In this document: one piece after another, positions 1 through 9,928 of the stretch
Layout of the letters: every line of letters starts with the position of its first letter
Numbering within the stretch: the first letter of the stretch is position 1
Source: Planctomycetota bacterium
GTDB taxonomy: Bacteria; Planctomycetota; SZUA-567; H5-PLA8
Assembly: GCA_016200135.1 (NCBI GenBank)
Contig: JACQFI010000030.1
Location: 8,656 to 72,655, forward strand
Length of the DNA: 64,000 nt
Direction: 5' to 3'
Made by a program: the position numbers and the translations under genes
The notes under the pieces: model-generated
The model's database searches: none
What the model was told of the DNA's origin: nothing
What the model saw: only the letters and a program-made list of their open reading frames with translations

Positions 1-1
1 G

Positions 2-2011
2 GGAGCCGAAGCACCCGCCAAGCCCACCGAGGCCCAGGTGCTGACTTGGATTCAACTCCTGAGCAGCGACGACTTTGAGGTGCGCGAGAAGGCCGAGAAG
101 GACTTGAAGGCTGCGGGCGCCAGCGCGATTCCGCTGATCACGAAGGCGATGGAGGCCGGCGACGCGGAGCTGCGCGCGCGCGGGCAGCGCGTCCTGGACG
201 ATCTGGCCTGGGCCGTGCGCCCGGCGGTGGCCAGCATCCCGAACGCGCTTCCGGCCGAGACGATCTTCGTGGTCCACACCACGGACCTGAAGGCTGCGGT
301 GGCGCGCCTGCGGACCGAGACGGCCGCAGGCAAGCTTTACGACAGCGCGGCGCTGGAGTCGGTGAAGGCCACGGTGGGAGATGCCGTCGCCACGGGTTCG
401 CAGATGGGCGACGAGGAGAAGAAGACGGCCCTCACGTGGCTCGAACGCTATGGCGGGCCTTCGGGCATCTCGTTCATCTCTTCGGACCGCACCAAAGAAT
501 GGCAGGAGCGCGACAACGCCGTGGCGATCGTGGGGCTCAACGACCCCGATCCCGCCAAGGCCTGGTCGGAATTCATGACGCGCTTCCCGCTCGGCGGAGG
601 CCAGACGGCCAACGAACGCTACCACGGGATTGATGTGGCTCATGCGAGCAATGGGTTCTGGCACGAGGGCCGCGCGCGGGTGCTCAATCTGGGCGTGAAC
701 TCCATGAATACCAATTACAACTCGGTCAAGCTGGTCATCGACCGGCTCGCCGACGACAAGGCCCCGCGGCTGAACCAGGCTCCGCAGTACAAGGAAGCCG
801 CGGGCAAGCTCGACCCCGCACCGCTGGCGGAGCTCTACTGGAACGTCGCCGAACTGATCAAGCAGGCCGCCCCGGAGAACGACGGAAAGGCAAAAACGGC
901 GCTGGACGAACTTGGCTTCTCCGCCGTGAAGTTCCTGGCGGTAAGCCTCTCCACGAAGAACGGGCTCTGCGCCGAGCGCGCGTTCGCAAAAGTCGAGGGC
1001 GAACGCAAAGGCGTCGTGAAACTGCTCGGCTTCGCCAAGTCCACGGCCAAGCTCGCGCCGCTCGCGCCGCCCGACGCGCTGGCCTTCGTCACCATTCCCG
1101 CCGATGGCCGGATGGTCTACGACACGATCCTGGGGCTCTCGGAGAAGCTGAGCCCCGGCGACGCGGCCCAGTTCAAGGCGGCCGTCACGCAGATGGACGT
1201 GGGGCTTGGCTTCAAGGTCGTGGACACGCTCATCGCGCCGCTGAAGGGCGAGGCCGCCGTTTGGGCGACGAAGCCGTCGGGCGTGGCTCCGATTCCGGAA
1301 CTGGGCGCGGCATTCGAGACGCCCGACGCGGCCAGCGCCAAGACCCTCGCCGAGAATCTCAGCAAGCTGATCCTGACCGCGAGTGGCAAACCCGATATGG
1401 GCGGGAAGGCCGACTTTAAAGGGCGCACCTGCTTCTGGATCAAGAAGGAGCTCAACGGCGCGGACTTTCCCTACACGATCTCCTGGTGCGCGGATGGCGC
1501 GCGCGTGCTCTTCTCGGGCAGCCAGGAAGGCCTGCAGGCGCTGGTGAACCGGATCGACAACAAGGCCGCGGGTCTGGAATCGGCCGAGGACTTCAAAGCC
1601 CTCCTGGCGTCGATCCCCGAAGCCGAGCGCGGCGGAATGATCTACGTCAATACGGCGGAAGTCGCGGGCTGGGGCCTGCCGATCCTGCTGCCGATTCTGA
1701 CCGCGCAGGCGCCGCCGGAAATGAAGGAGAAGCTCAACGCGGCGCTGAAGGACCCGAAGGCGCTCATCAGGGGCTTCCCGGGAACGCTGCTCTCGATCTC
1801 GGGCGCCGCCGACGGCGTGCAGGCGCGCGCGAATGGCGGCCTGCCCGCGACCGCGGACGTGCTGGCCGTGCCGGTCCTCTCCTTCCGGATCATGATGATG
1901 CGCATGGAGGCCGAGATTCAGAAGGCCGCGGCCCAGCCGCAGCCGGTCATCGAGGAGGATAAGACCGCCGACGCGCCAAAGCCCGAGAAGAAGGAAGAGG
2001 TAAAGAAGTAA
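2..2011 (+). CDS. hypothetical protein with N-terminal HEAT-like helical repeats; 5' end probably upstream of window
   Basis: ORF-track ORF 38..2011. The same frame is stop-free back to base 2, so the GTG at 38 is probably internal. The N-terminus (EVREKAEKDLKAAGASAIPLITKAMEAGDAELRARGQRVL) looks like HEAT repeats and the tail is Lys/Glu-rich. No enzyme family recognised. Confidence 0.6.
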   Translation, partial: GAEAPAKPTEAQVLTWIQLLSSDDFEVREKAEKDLKAAGASAIPLITKAMEAGDAELRARGQRVLDDLAWAVRPAVASIPNALPAETIFVVHTTDLKAAVARLRTETAAGKLYDSAALESVKATVGDAVATGSQMGDEEKKTALTWLERYGGPSGISFISSDRTKEWQERDNAVAIVGLNDPDPAKAWSEFMTRFPLGGGQTANERYHGIDVAHASNGFWHEGRARVLNLGVNSMNTNYNSVKLVIDRLADDKAPRLNQAPQYKEAAGKLDPAPLAELYWNVAELIKQAAPENDGKAKTALDELGFSAVKFLAVSLSTKNGLCAERAFAKVEGERKGVVKLLGFAKSTAKLAPLAPPDALAFVTIPADGRMVYDTILGLSEKLSPGDAAQFKAAVTQMDVGLGFKVVDTLIAPLKGEAAVWATKPSGVAPIPELGAAFETPDAASAKTLAENLSKLILTASGKPDMGGKADFKGRTCFWIKKELNGADFPYTISWCADGARVLFSGSQEGLQALVNRIDNKAAGLESAEDFKALLASIPEAERGGMIYVNTAEVAGWGLPILLPILTAQAPPEMKEKLNAALKDPKALIRGFPGTLLSISGAADGVQARANGGLPATADVLAVPVLSFRIMMMRMEAEIQKAAAQPQPVIEEDKTADAPKPEKKEEVKK

Positions 2012-2059
2012 GCGGTGCTCGGTTGGACATGTGCGGCCGAAGTGGTTAAGGTCCAGCGC

Positions 2060-3118
2060 ATGCGCCGGCCCATTCTGCATTCGCTTTCGGCCTTCCTGGT
2101 TGCGGTCCTGCTCACCGGCTGTGGCGACGGCGGCAAGCCCGCACAGCAGAACAAGGTCGTCGTGGTCTACACGCCGCACGGCGACCTTGGGATCGACGTA
2201 AAGAATGCCTTCGAGGCGGCGCATCCCGGCTACACCGCGCAGGTGATCGACCTCAGCGGCGGCAACATCCTGCCCAAGCTTCAAGCCGAGAAGGGCCGGC
2301 CCGTCTGCGACGTCTGGTGGGGCGGCGCGACCGGCGACTTCCGCAAGGCCGAGCGCGACGGCCTCTTCGAACCCTACGCGCCCGAGTGGGTCAAGTTCCT
2401 GCCCGAGAACGCCAAGAGTCCCACCGGCGCGTGGAACGGCACGTACCTCTCGCCCGAAGCGATCATGTTCAATGAGAAAAAGCTCAAGCGCGAGGACCTG
2501 CCCGACACCTGGGAGGGCCTGCTCGACCCCAAGTGGAAGGGCAAGATCGTGGCGCGCGACGTCCGCGCCAGCGCGACGATGAAGACGATCTACGGCGCGC
2601 TCGTCTATAAGGAGTGGAAGCGCACGGGGAACCTCGACGATGGTTTCGCGCTGCTCGAGAAGCTGCACGCGAACACCGGGTACTACGCGCCCAGCCCGGA
2701 AGTGATGTTCACGGTGCTGGCGGCGCCCGAGAGCCCCTACGCGCTCACGCCGTGGAACCAGTTCGACGCCCTGGGGCGCAAGCACAACCACGGTCTGCCG
2801 TTCGGCTACGTGCTCCCCAAGGAGACGCCGGTGATCGTCGAGCCCATAGCGATCGTGAAAGGCGCGCCGCACCCGGAAGAAGCGAAGCTCTTTTACGACT
2901 TCGTGACTTCGCAGGAGCAACTGCTGCATGCGGCGGAGAAGTACTTCCGCGTGCCCGCGCGGTCGGACCTGTCGAAAGAGAAGCTGCCCGAGTGGATGCG
3001 CGAGATGAAACTGGAGCCGCAGAAGATCGACCAGGACGAGTTCGACAAACAGCTCGAGGGCTGGATCGCGCGCTGGCAGGACACGATCCGGTCGAAGCCG
3101 CTGACCGAGAGCAAATAG
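2060..3118 (+). CDS. ABC-transporter-type extracellular solute-binding lipoprotein (iron/thiamine/polyamine SBP family)
   Basis: Start moved to ATG 2060 (MRRPILHSLSAFLVAVLLTGCG gives a signal peptide plus lipobox). SBP-like motifs VVVYTPHG, CDVWWGG and VEPIAIVKGAPHPEEAKLFYDFV. No permease or ATPase gene adjacent. Confidence 0.75.
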   Translation: MRRPILHSLSAFLVAVLLTGCGDGGKPAQQNKVVVVYTPHGDLGIDVKNAFEAAHPGYTAQVIDLSGGNILPKLQAEKGRPVCDVWWGGATGDFRKAERDGLFEPYAPEWVKFLPENAKSPTGAWNGTYLSPEAIMFNEKKLKREDLPDTWEGLLDPKWKGKIVARDVRASATMKTIYGALVYKEWKRTGNLDDGFALLEKLHANTGYYAPSPEVMFTVLAAPESPYALTPWNQFDALGRKHNHGLPFGYVLPKETPVIVEPIAIVKGAPHPEEAKLFYDFVTSQEQLLHAAEKYFRVPARSDLSKEKLPEWMREMKLEPQKIDQDEFDKQLEGWIARWQDTIRSKPLTESK

Positions 3119-3181
3119 GCCTGTGCCACGTTTCGACGCGCTCCGGTTGCAGACGGTGTGGTCCTGCGCTATAGAACACGC

Positions 3182-3754
3182 ATGCCGAAGATCGCGGACC
3201 GGTTCGTCCCAAGCGCGGCGCTGGCCTCGTGCGCACTGTTGGCCTGCGCCTTCGCGGGCGGATGCGGGCGCGAAAAGACCGCCGCCGCGCCGAAGTATGC
3301 GGATGAGAGTTCCTCTTCTTCCAAGAAAACCGGCGCGGAAGCCTGGACGAAGAACGACGATAAGGAAGGCGCGAAACCCGCGCAGGGTTCGTCCAAGACG
3401 GCTGGGACCGCGCTGCCCGCGGAAGCGCCCGTTTCGCCGCTTGGCTATGTGTGGGACGGACAGTATGCGGCGTACTCGACGCCGACTCCGCTGGCCACGG
3501 CCGTAAAGAAATGCTCCGCGGCGCTGTATACGCTGGGTTTCCAGCTCGACGGCAACGCCACCCGCGTCGCCAACGACACGGCGGTGATGGCTGGCGCGAA
3601 CGAGGCCAAGTTGCCGATCGATATCAAGATGCGCACTGTCGCCAAGGCCGACAAGAAGGAGACCGAGATCAAGATCCGGATCGGCGTCACCGGCGACCGC
3701 GCCGGCGCCGAGCGCGTGCTCGACGAATTACGCAAGGAATTGGCAAAGAAATAG
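3182..3754 (+). CDS. hypothetical lipoprotein
   Basis: ATG 3182 gives MPKIADRFVPSAALASCALLACAFAGGCG (signal peptide plus lipobox Cys). A low-complexity Ser/Lys linker is followed by a small globular C-terminal domain. Confidence 0.6.
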   Translation: MPKIADRFVPSAALASCALLACAFAGGCGREKTAAAPKYADESSSSSKKTGAEAWTKNDDKEGAKPAQGSSKTAGTALPAEAPVSPLGYVWDGQYAAYSTPTPLATAVKKCSAALYTLGFQLDGNATRVANDTAVMAGANEAKLPIDIKMRTVAKADKKETEIKIRIGVTGDRAGAERVLDELRKELAKK

Positions 3755-3847
3755 AGTGCAGTGGTCAGGGAGCAGAGGTTAGGGGACTGATTTCGGTGCC
3801 CTGATCCCTGCCTTCGGTTCCCTGTCTTCTGCCCTTTAAGGAATCCC

Positions 3848-4807
3848 ATGCCCCCCCCATCTCGCTTGTTCGATCACGTGGGCCAGGCCGTCGGCGGGAC
3901 GCCGCTCGTGGCCATCGACCGCCTCGCGGCCGGGCTGCCGGGGCGCGTGGCGGTGAAGCTCGAGTACTTCTCGCCCGGCGCGAGCATCAAGGACCGCCCG
4001 GCGCTGACGATCATCGAACGCGCCGAGCAGGCGGGCCTGCTGAAGAAGGGGCAGTACGTCGTCGAGAAGACCAGCGGCAACATGGGCGGGGGGCTCGCGT
4101 GGGCCTGCGCGGTAAAGGGCTACAAGTTCGTCGCGGTCTTAAGCGCCGGCAACACGCCGGAGCGCAGCCAGATGATCGAGGCCTTCGGCGCGAAGGTCGT
4201 CAAAGTACCGCAAGCCAAAGGAGGCAAGCCAGGACTGGTGACGCACGAGGACCTCGAACTGGTCGAGGTCGAGACGCAGAAGCAGGTGAAGAAGCTCAAA
4301 GCCTTCCGGCCGGACCAGTTCGACAACCCGAACTCATCGCTCGCGCATGAGATTGGCACCGGGCCGGAGATCTGGGCGCAGACCGGCGGTTCGGTGACGC
4401 ACTTCTGCTCGTTCGTCGGCTCCAGCGGCACGCTGATCGGTACCTCCAAGGCGCTAAAGGCGCAGAGCGCGAAGGTACAGTGTTACGCCGTCGAGCCCGA
4501 GAAGACGCCGTTCCTTGCCGGGAAGAAGATCCGCTCCACACAACACACGATTCAGGGCGGCGGCTACGCGGTGCGTCCCGGTATCTACGACGACGCTGTG
4601 GTGGACGGGTATCTCACGGTCACCGACGCGGAAGCCAAGTCCACGGCGCGCGCGCTGGCCACCAAGGAAGGCATCATGGGCGGCTTCAGCGGCGGCGCGA
4701 ACGTGGCGGCCGCAATAAAGCTGGCTCGCGAAGCGCCCAAGGGCAGCCTGGTCGTGACGGTGATCTGCGATTCCGGTCTGAAGTATCTCTCGACCGACTT
4801 GTATTAG
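3848..4807 (+). CDS. cysK: PLP-dependent cysteine synthase family protein
   Basis: PLP-lysine motif SIKDRPA, TSGNMGGGLA (compare TSGNTG), GSSGTLIG glycine loop, 319 aa. Confidence 0.85.
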   Translation: MPPPSRLFDHVGQAVGGTPLVAIDRLAAGLPGRVAVKLEYFSPGASIKDRPALTIIERAEQAGLLKKGQYVVEKTSGNMGGGLAWACAVKGYKFVAVLSAGNTPERSQMIEAFGAKVVKVPQAKGGKPGLVTHEDLELVEVETQKQVKKLKAFRPDQFDNPNSSLAHEIGTGPEIWAQTGGSVTHFCSFVGSSGTLIGTSKALKAQSAKVQCYAVEPEKTPFLAGKKIRSTQHTIQGGGYAVRPGIYDDAVVDGYLTVTDAEAKSTARALATKEGIMGGFSGGANVAAAIKLAREAPKGSLVVTVICDSGLKYLSTDLY

Positions 4808-4831
4808 CGCGCTACGCGCTTTCGCCAACCA

Positions 4832-5641
4832 TCAGACATCCAGAATAATCCTGGCCGCAGGAGAGATCCGGTCGTAGGTCGATTTGCGGATGCGGTCGAT
4901 TTGGCGGTCGCGCTGCTGGGCGTGTGCCGTGCAGAACGCACAGTGGATGACTCGGCGCGGCCGACGCGAACGATTCATCGTGCCCGAGTGCCAGAGATGC
5001 GCATTGAAGACCAGGACGGAGCCAGCCGGTGCGATCACGAGTTCCTCCTGCGGGTGCGGCGCTGCGGGATCGATTACGTATTGTGCCAATTCACCGGCCA
5101 TCTTGTGCGAACCGGGCACAACGCGAGTGGCTCCATTTTCAGCCGTGAATCCGTCCAGTATCCAAGCCGTGTTAACCAGGCTGTAAGGTTCATGCTCCTT
5201 CCGCGGAGCAGCATCTATATGTAGCGCCTGTTGGCCTTGCCCCGGCAAAGCGTCGCGTGCGTTGAGCGAATGGAGTTTGAACTCCGTTCCCAGGACATGC
5301 GCAATGGCCGCGAGCAGACGCGGATGGGCGTAGATGTCGTCGAAGGCCTCCCCTTCGCTTACTAGGTCGGCAAGCCGCCGCGTTCCGGCTTCGTGATTCC
5401 AGAAATCGGTATCCGAAAAACCTTTCATGTCCTCGCGCCACTTGCCGTACTTCTCGTACATGAGTTTCTCATAGGTCGTTCGCAAGGCCTCGAGCCACTT
5501 GTCGCCCATCATGCCGTGTAAGACGACGTAGCCTTTCTCGTCGAGCAACGCTCGTTCCTCGCGCGTGAGTGTTGACGGCGAGACGCCCAAGTACTTTAGC
5601 GCTTCGGAGACGGTGTTTAGAATCATGGACTTTTCTATCAT
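4832..5641 (-). CDS. phytanoyl-CoA dioxygenase (PhyH) family Fe(II)/2-oxoglutarate oxygenase
   Basis: HxD in ALHIDAAP, GATRVVPGSH, distal His in LWHSGTMNRS. Start placed at ATG 5641 (MIEKSMI), which has GGAGG about 8 nt upstream. The ORF-track GTG at 5656 is an alternative. Confidence 0.8.
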   Translation of the reverse strand: MIEKSMILNTVSEALKYLGVSPSTLTREERALLDEKGYVVLHGMMGDKWLEALRTTYEKLMYEKYGKWREDMKGFSDTDFWNHEAGTRRLADLVSEGEAFDDIYAHPRLLAAIAHVLGTEFKLHSLNARDALPGQGQQALHIDAAPRKEHEPYSLVNTAWILDGFTAENGATRVVPGSHKMAGELAQYVIDPAAPHPQEELVIAPAGSVLVFNAHLWHSGTMNRSRRPRRVIHCAFCTAHAQQRDRQIDRIRKSTYDRISPAARIILDV

Positions 5642-5791
5642 TGTGAGTTCCTCCACGAATCCAAAAGGCTGATTGAAGTCTGAAGGTCACATGAGAAAAT
5701 ACCATCTCAGCGTGTCATGTGCCATGGACTCGGCGCGCTTAGGGATGGACTTTTCGGCTCATCTCGATCATAGAGGAAGAGCCCCTTACTT

Positions 5792-6514
5792 ATGCCACGC
5801 ATACGATATGCGGGACACCCCGCGCGCCATCTGCGCTCGCTGCCGGTTCATCACCATGATGTGTGGATCGTGATTGTGTACACCTATGGGAAAGGCGCAG
5901 TGCTCTTCGCGGACGAAACCATTTCCTTCCAGCGCGGCACGGTCCTGTGCGTCCCGCCGCGCATGCCTTATGCCGAAAAGTCCTCGTGGGGCTTCAAGTC
6001 GGCCTTCATCGCCGCCGAAGATCTGGCCATGGACACGAGCCGCCCGCACCTTTTTAAAGACGAAGAGGGAATTCTTCTACGCCTAGCGCCGCTGGTCGTG
6101 GACGCCTACAACTGCGGTAGTAAGCGCACGTCGATAATCGCCGAACAGCTTTTTGGTACGCTGCTGCTTGGGCTCACGCCGGTCGAAGGAATGAAACGCC
6201 ATCCGATGGTCGAGCGCCTTCGCGAGCTCGTGCATCGACACTGGTCCGATCCGGACTTTCACGTTGGAAAAGGCTTTAATGCGCTGCCGGTCTCTCAGGC
6301 GCACCTGCGCCGAGCCTTCGTGCAGGAATGCAAGATGCCGCCGGTCGGGTACTTGCTCCGCTATCGCCTGAACCAGGCACTGCGCTTGCTTTCGATCGGC
6401 GGATTCTCGATCAAGGAGGTGAGCCAGATGTGCGGCTTCGCCGATCCGTACTATTTTTCCCGAGCCTTCCGCAAGATCGTGGGGAAGCCGCCGAGCACGT
6501 TAAACCGCAAATGA
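5792..6514 (+). CDS. AraC family transcriptional regulator (cupin-like N-terminus plus HTH)
   Basis: The C-terminus (HLRRAFVQECKMPPVGYLLRYRLNQALRLL...IKEVSQMCGFADPYYFSRAFRKIVGKPPS) is the classical AraC double HTH. Divergent from the PhyH gene. Confidence 0.88.
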   Translation: MPRIRYAGHPARHLRSLPVHHHDVWIVIVYTYGKGAVLFADETISFQRGTVLCVPPRMPYAEKSSWGFKSAFIAAEDLAMDTSRPHLFKDEEGILLRLAPLVVDAYNCGSKRTSIIAEQLFGTLLLGLTPVEGMKRHPMVERLRELVHRHWSDPDFHVGKGFNALPVSQAHLRRAFVQECKMPPVGYLLRYRLNQALRLLSIGGFSIKEVSQMCGFADPYYFSRAFRKIVGKPPSTLNRK

Positions 6515-6593
6515 GACGCGGATTTTTCGAAAGGAACCGAGCGAAGCTGTGAAAAGCCAGCGGTTACGGTTTTTTCCATTCGACTTGGGGGGC

Positions 6594-7211
6594 ATGTCCG
6601 TGAGTCTGTTACGTTCGCTGTTTGGTCCCAGCAAAGAGGAAATCTGGCGCGCGCTCGCGAACGAAATCGACGCCGAATACGTCAACGGCGGTTTTTGGAA
6701 GGGCGACAAGGTTCAAGCGCATTACGGCGACTGGACGGTCACGCTAGACACGTACACCGTATCCAGCGGCAAGAGCAGCACGACATACACGCGCATCCGC
6801 GCGCCCTACGTAAACCGCGACGGATTGCGGTTCGAGGTCTACCGCGCTGGGCTCTTTAGCGGAATGGGCCGCGCGCTGGGCATGCAGGATGTCGAGATCG
6901 GCGAAGGGGCCTTCGACGAAGCCTTTGTGGTGAAAGGAAACCAGGAAGCACAGGTCCGGCGGCTTTTTGGTAATCCGCTCATCCGAGAATTGCTCGCAGC
7001 CCAGCCTGCCGTGCACCTGGAAGTATGCGACGACGAAGGCTGGTTTGGGCCATCCTTTCCCAAAGGCGTGGACGAATTGCGCTTTCATACGGTGGGCACG
7101 ATCCGCGATGTCGAGCAGCTCAAGCAACTCTTCATGCTTTTTGCCGAAATCCTGAACACGCTCTGCCACATCGGCTCGGCATACGAAGACGATCCCGGTT
7201 TGGACTTGTAG
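6594..7211 (+). CDS. hypothetical protein
   Basis: ORF 6549..7211. ATG 6594 (MSVSLLRSLFG) preferred. Balanced, coding-like composition. No family recognised. Confidence 0.55.
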   Translation: MSVSLLRSLFGPSKEEIWRALANEIDAEYVNGGFWKGDKVQAHYGDWTVTLDTYTVSSGKSSTTYTRIRAPYVNRDGLRFEVYRAGLFSGMGRALGMQDVEIGEGAFDEAFVVKGNQEAQVRRLFGNPLIRELLAAQPAVHLEVCDDEGWFGPSFPKGVDELRFHTVGTIRDVEQLKQLFMLFAEILNTLCHIGSAYEDDPGLDL

Positions 7212-7322
7212 CCGGTCCCTTGGCTGGACTTTTGGCCCCACTTCTCCATAATACACGGCAGCCTGGAGATTGGTTTCCCGGCTTTTTTCACGCATTCGCC
7301 TAAGCAACGAGGATGGCCGGCC

Positions 7323-8639
7323 ATGGACAGTTTCAAGTACGTCGACGGAGTGCTGCACGCCGAGGGCGTGCCGGTGACCAAGATCGCCCGGGAACAGGGC
7401 ACGCCCGCGTACGTATACTCCCGCGAGACGCTGCTCGACCATTACACCAAGATCGACCAGGCCTTCGCCGCGGTGCCACATCTGATCTGCTTCAGCGTCA
7501 AGGCCAACAGCAACCTGGGCGTGCTGGCGATCCTGAACAAGGCGGGCTCGGGCTTCGACGTCGTCTCCGGCGGCGAGCTGCATCGCGTGCAGAAGATCGG
7601 CGGCCCGATGAAGAAGGTCGTCTACGCCGGCGTCGGCAAGACCGATGAAGAGATCGGCGCGGCGCTAAAGGCCGGCATCCTGATGTTCAACGTGGAGTCC
7701 GAGGCTGAGCTTGAGAACATCGGGCGCATCGCCACGGACTTGCGCGAGAAGAAGCAGATCGCCGAACCCGCGCGGGTCGCTCTGCGCGTGAACCCGGACG
7801 TGGACCCGCACACGCACCATTACATCACCACGGGCAAGAAGGAGACGAAGTTCGGCGTGGACCTGCAGCGCGCCAGCCAGGTGCTGAAGAACGCGCCCAA
7901 GTACAAGAACGTCCAGGTCGCGGGCGTCCACGCGCACATCGGCAGCCAGATCACCGAGGTCGAGCCGTACAAGGAATCGCTGGGCAAGGTCGTGAGCTTC
8001 ATCAAGGACCACCGCAGCAAGGACGTGCCGCTGACGTACCTGAACAGCGGCGGCGGCTTCGGCATCTACTATGCGGATAAGAAGGCCCCGCCGGTGGCCC
8101 AGTTCGCGCAGGTGATGGTGCCGCTGGTCCAGCAGTCGGGCTGCACGCTGGTGCTGGAACCCGGGCGCTTTATCGTCGGGAATTCCGGCATCCTGCTCAC
8201 GCGCGTGATCTACGTGAAGGACAGCGGCGCGAAGCGCTTTCTGATCGTGGACGCGGGCATGAACGATCTGATCCGGCCGAGCCTGTACGATGCGTTTCAC
8301 GAGATCTGGCCGGTAGAGAGCGAGACGCTGCCGCCCACGCGCGGCGGTGCGGCCAAAGCCGATCCCGACGCGACGCTGGAAGTGGACGTCGTCGGGCCGA
8401 TCTGCGAGAGCGGCGACTTTCTGGCCAAGGGCCGCGCGCTGCCCAAGGAGATCAAGCGCGGCGACCTGCTCGCGGTCTTCTCCGCCGGCGCCTACGGTTA
8501 CGTGATGGCGAGCAATTACAACACGCGCGGCCGCGCGCCGGAGATTATCGTGAAAGGCGGCGCGTACGCGATCGCCACGCGACGCGAGACCTACGACGAT
8601 ATCCTCAAGAACGAGTCCGTGCCGGAGTCGGTGCTGTAG
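7323..8639 (+). CDS. lysA: diaminopimelate decarboxylase
   Basis: 438 aa. Fold-III PLP decarboxylase motifs FSVKANSN (PLP Lys), HIGSQ, GGGFGI, EPGR and CESGD. Confidence 0.93.
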   Translation: MDSFKYVDGVLHAEGVPVTKIAREQGTPAYVYSRETLLDHYTKIDQAFAAVPHLICFSVKANSNLGVLAILNKAGSGFDVVSGGELHRVQKIGGPMKKVVYAGVGKTDEEIGAALKAGILMFNVESEAELENIGRIATDLREKKQIAEPARVALRVNPDVDPHTHHYITTGKKETKFGVDLQRASQVLKNAPKYKNVQVAGVHAHIGSQITEVEPYKESLGKVVSFIKDHRSKDVPLTYLNSGGGFGIYYADKKAPPVAQFAQVMVPLVQQSGCTLVLEPGRFIVGNSGILLTRVIYVKDSGAKRFLIVDAGMNDLIRPSLYDAFHEIWPVESETLPPTRGGAAKADPDATLEVDVVGPICESGDFLAKGRALPKEIKRGDLLAVFSAGAYGYVMASNYNTRGRAPEIIVKGGAYAIATRRETYDDILKNESVPESVL

Positions 8640-8822
8640 GGACGCGCTCTATTCTTCAGCTTTCTCTTGCTGAGAAACAGTGGCCCAATCGGCCCTCAAG
8701 TAATCCCATAAATACAGACCAATTGGTATGTTAACACCTGCCTTTGACTTTTAGGCCATGCGAAACTGCGGTTGTCCTGTAAGATTAGGCCGTAGGTATG
8801 GTACGGACAGGACACGAGTCCC

Positions 8823-9902
8823 ATGTATCTACTTACATCCATCCGCGCGCTCTTCGTCTTGCTCGCCTTCTTCGTGGGGCTGGGCATCCAGAACGCTTTC
8901 CAACAGGAAGTCCCGCAGGAGATGTGGTTCCCGCTGCTGATGGCGGCGCTGGCGGCGTGCCTGGTGGCGGTAGAAATCGTCTTTCAGAAGAAGTACCTCG
9001 CCGGTCTGGTCGCGATCTTCTTCGGGCTGATCCTGGGCCTGGTGGCCACGTTTATCACGACGCTGCTGTTGGCTTTCCTCCTGCCGCCGGCGTATTACTC
9101 GGAATTCATCCGCCCGCTCGTGCCCGTGATCTCGCTGTTTCTCTGTTACCTTGCGGTCACGATCGTCTTCCAGACGCGCGACCGGCTGCGCTTCGTGGTC
9201 CCGTACATGGCGTTCTCGAACCTGGGCCGCAAGCGTGGCGGGCTGCTGCTGGATACGTCGGTGTTCGTCGACGGGCGCATCCTGGATCTCTGCCATTCCT
9301 CGCTGATCTCCGACGAACTGATCGTGCCGTCGTACGTGCTGAAGGAACTGCAGGCGCTCTCGGATTCGGAGGAGAGCATCAAGCGTGCTCGGGGGCGCCG
9401 CGGGCTGGACGTGCTGGGCAAGTTGCGCGGCAACACGCGCATGATACTGCGCATCGAGGAAGCGGACTACCCCGAGTTGAGCAGCGTGGACGCCAAGCTG
9501 GTGCGCATGGCGCGGGAGCGCGACGCGATCGTCTTAACCGGCGACCTGAACCTGGCCAAGGTTGCGCGGGTGGAAGGCGTCGAGACGATTCTGCTGCAGG
9601 AACTGGCCGTCGCATTGCGGCCGATCGTGACGCCCGGCGACCGCTTGACCGTGCACGTGCTGCGACCGGGCGAAGAGCGCGACCAGGGCGTCGGCTATCT
9701 TGAGGACGGCACGATGGTCGTGGTCGAGGCCGGGCGCGGCGTAGTGGGCCGCGACGTACAAGTGGAAGTGCAGCGGCTGCTCACGACGCACACGGGCCGC
9801 ATTGTCTTCGCGCGCATGTCCGATGGGGCCGGGCATTCGCGCGATTCGGAGAAGGGCCTCCGCCCTGCGTCCAATTCGGACGGCCGGGAACGCGTCGCCT
9901 AG
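8823..9902 (+). CDS. membrane-anchored PIN/TRAM domain protein (YacL-like)
   Basis: Four N-terminal hydrophobic helices, then PIN-like LLLDTSVFVDGRI...IVLTGDLNLAKVA, then a C-terminal TRAM-like beta domain (GDRLTVHVLRPGEERDQGVGYLEDGTMVVVE). Sits directly upstream of ispD, as yacL does in Bacillus. Confidence 0.8.
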   Translation: MYLLTSIRALFVLLAFFVGLGIQNAFQQEVPQEMWFPLLMAALAACLVAVEIVFQKKYLAGLVAIFFGLILGLVATFITTLLLAFLLPPAYYSEFIRPLVPVISLFLCYLAVTIVFQTRDRLRFVVPYMAFSNLGRKRGGLLLDTSVFVDGRILDLCHSSLISDELIVPSYVLKELQALSDSEESIKRARGRRGLDVLGKLRGNTRMILRIEEADYPELSSVDAKLVRMARERDAIVLTGDLNLAKVARVEGVETILLQELAVALRPIVTPGDRLTVHVLRPGEERDQGVGYLEDGTMVVVEAGRGVVGRDVQVEVQRLLTTHTGRIVFARMSDGAGHSRDSEKGLRPASNSDGRERVA

Positions 9903-9928
9903 GAACTCCGGGAACCCACTCTTCGCGC

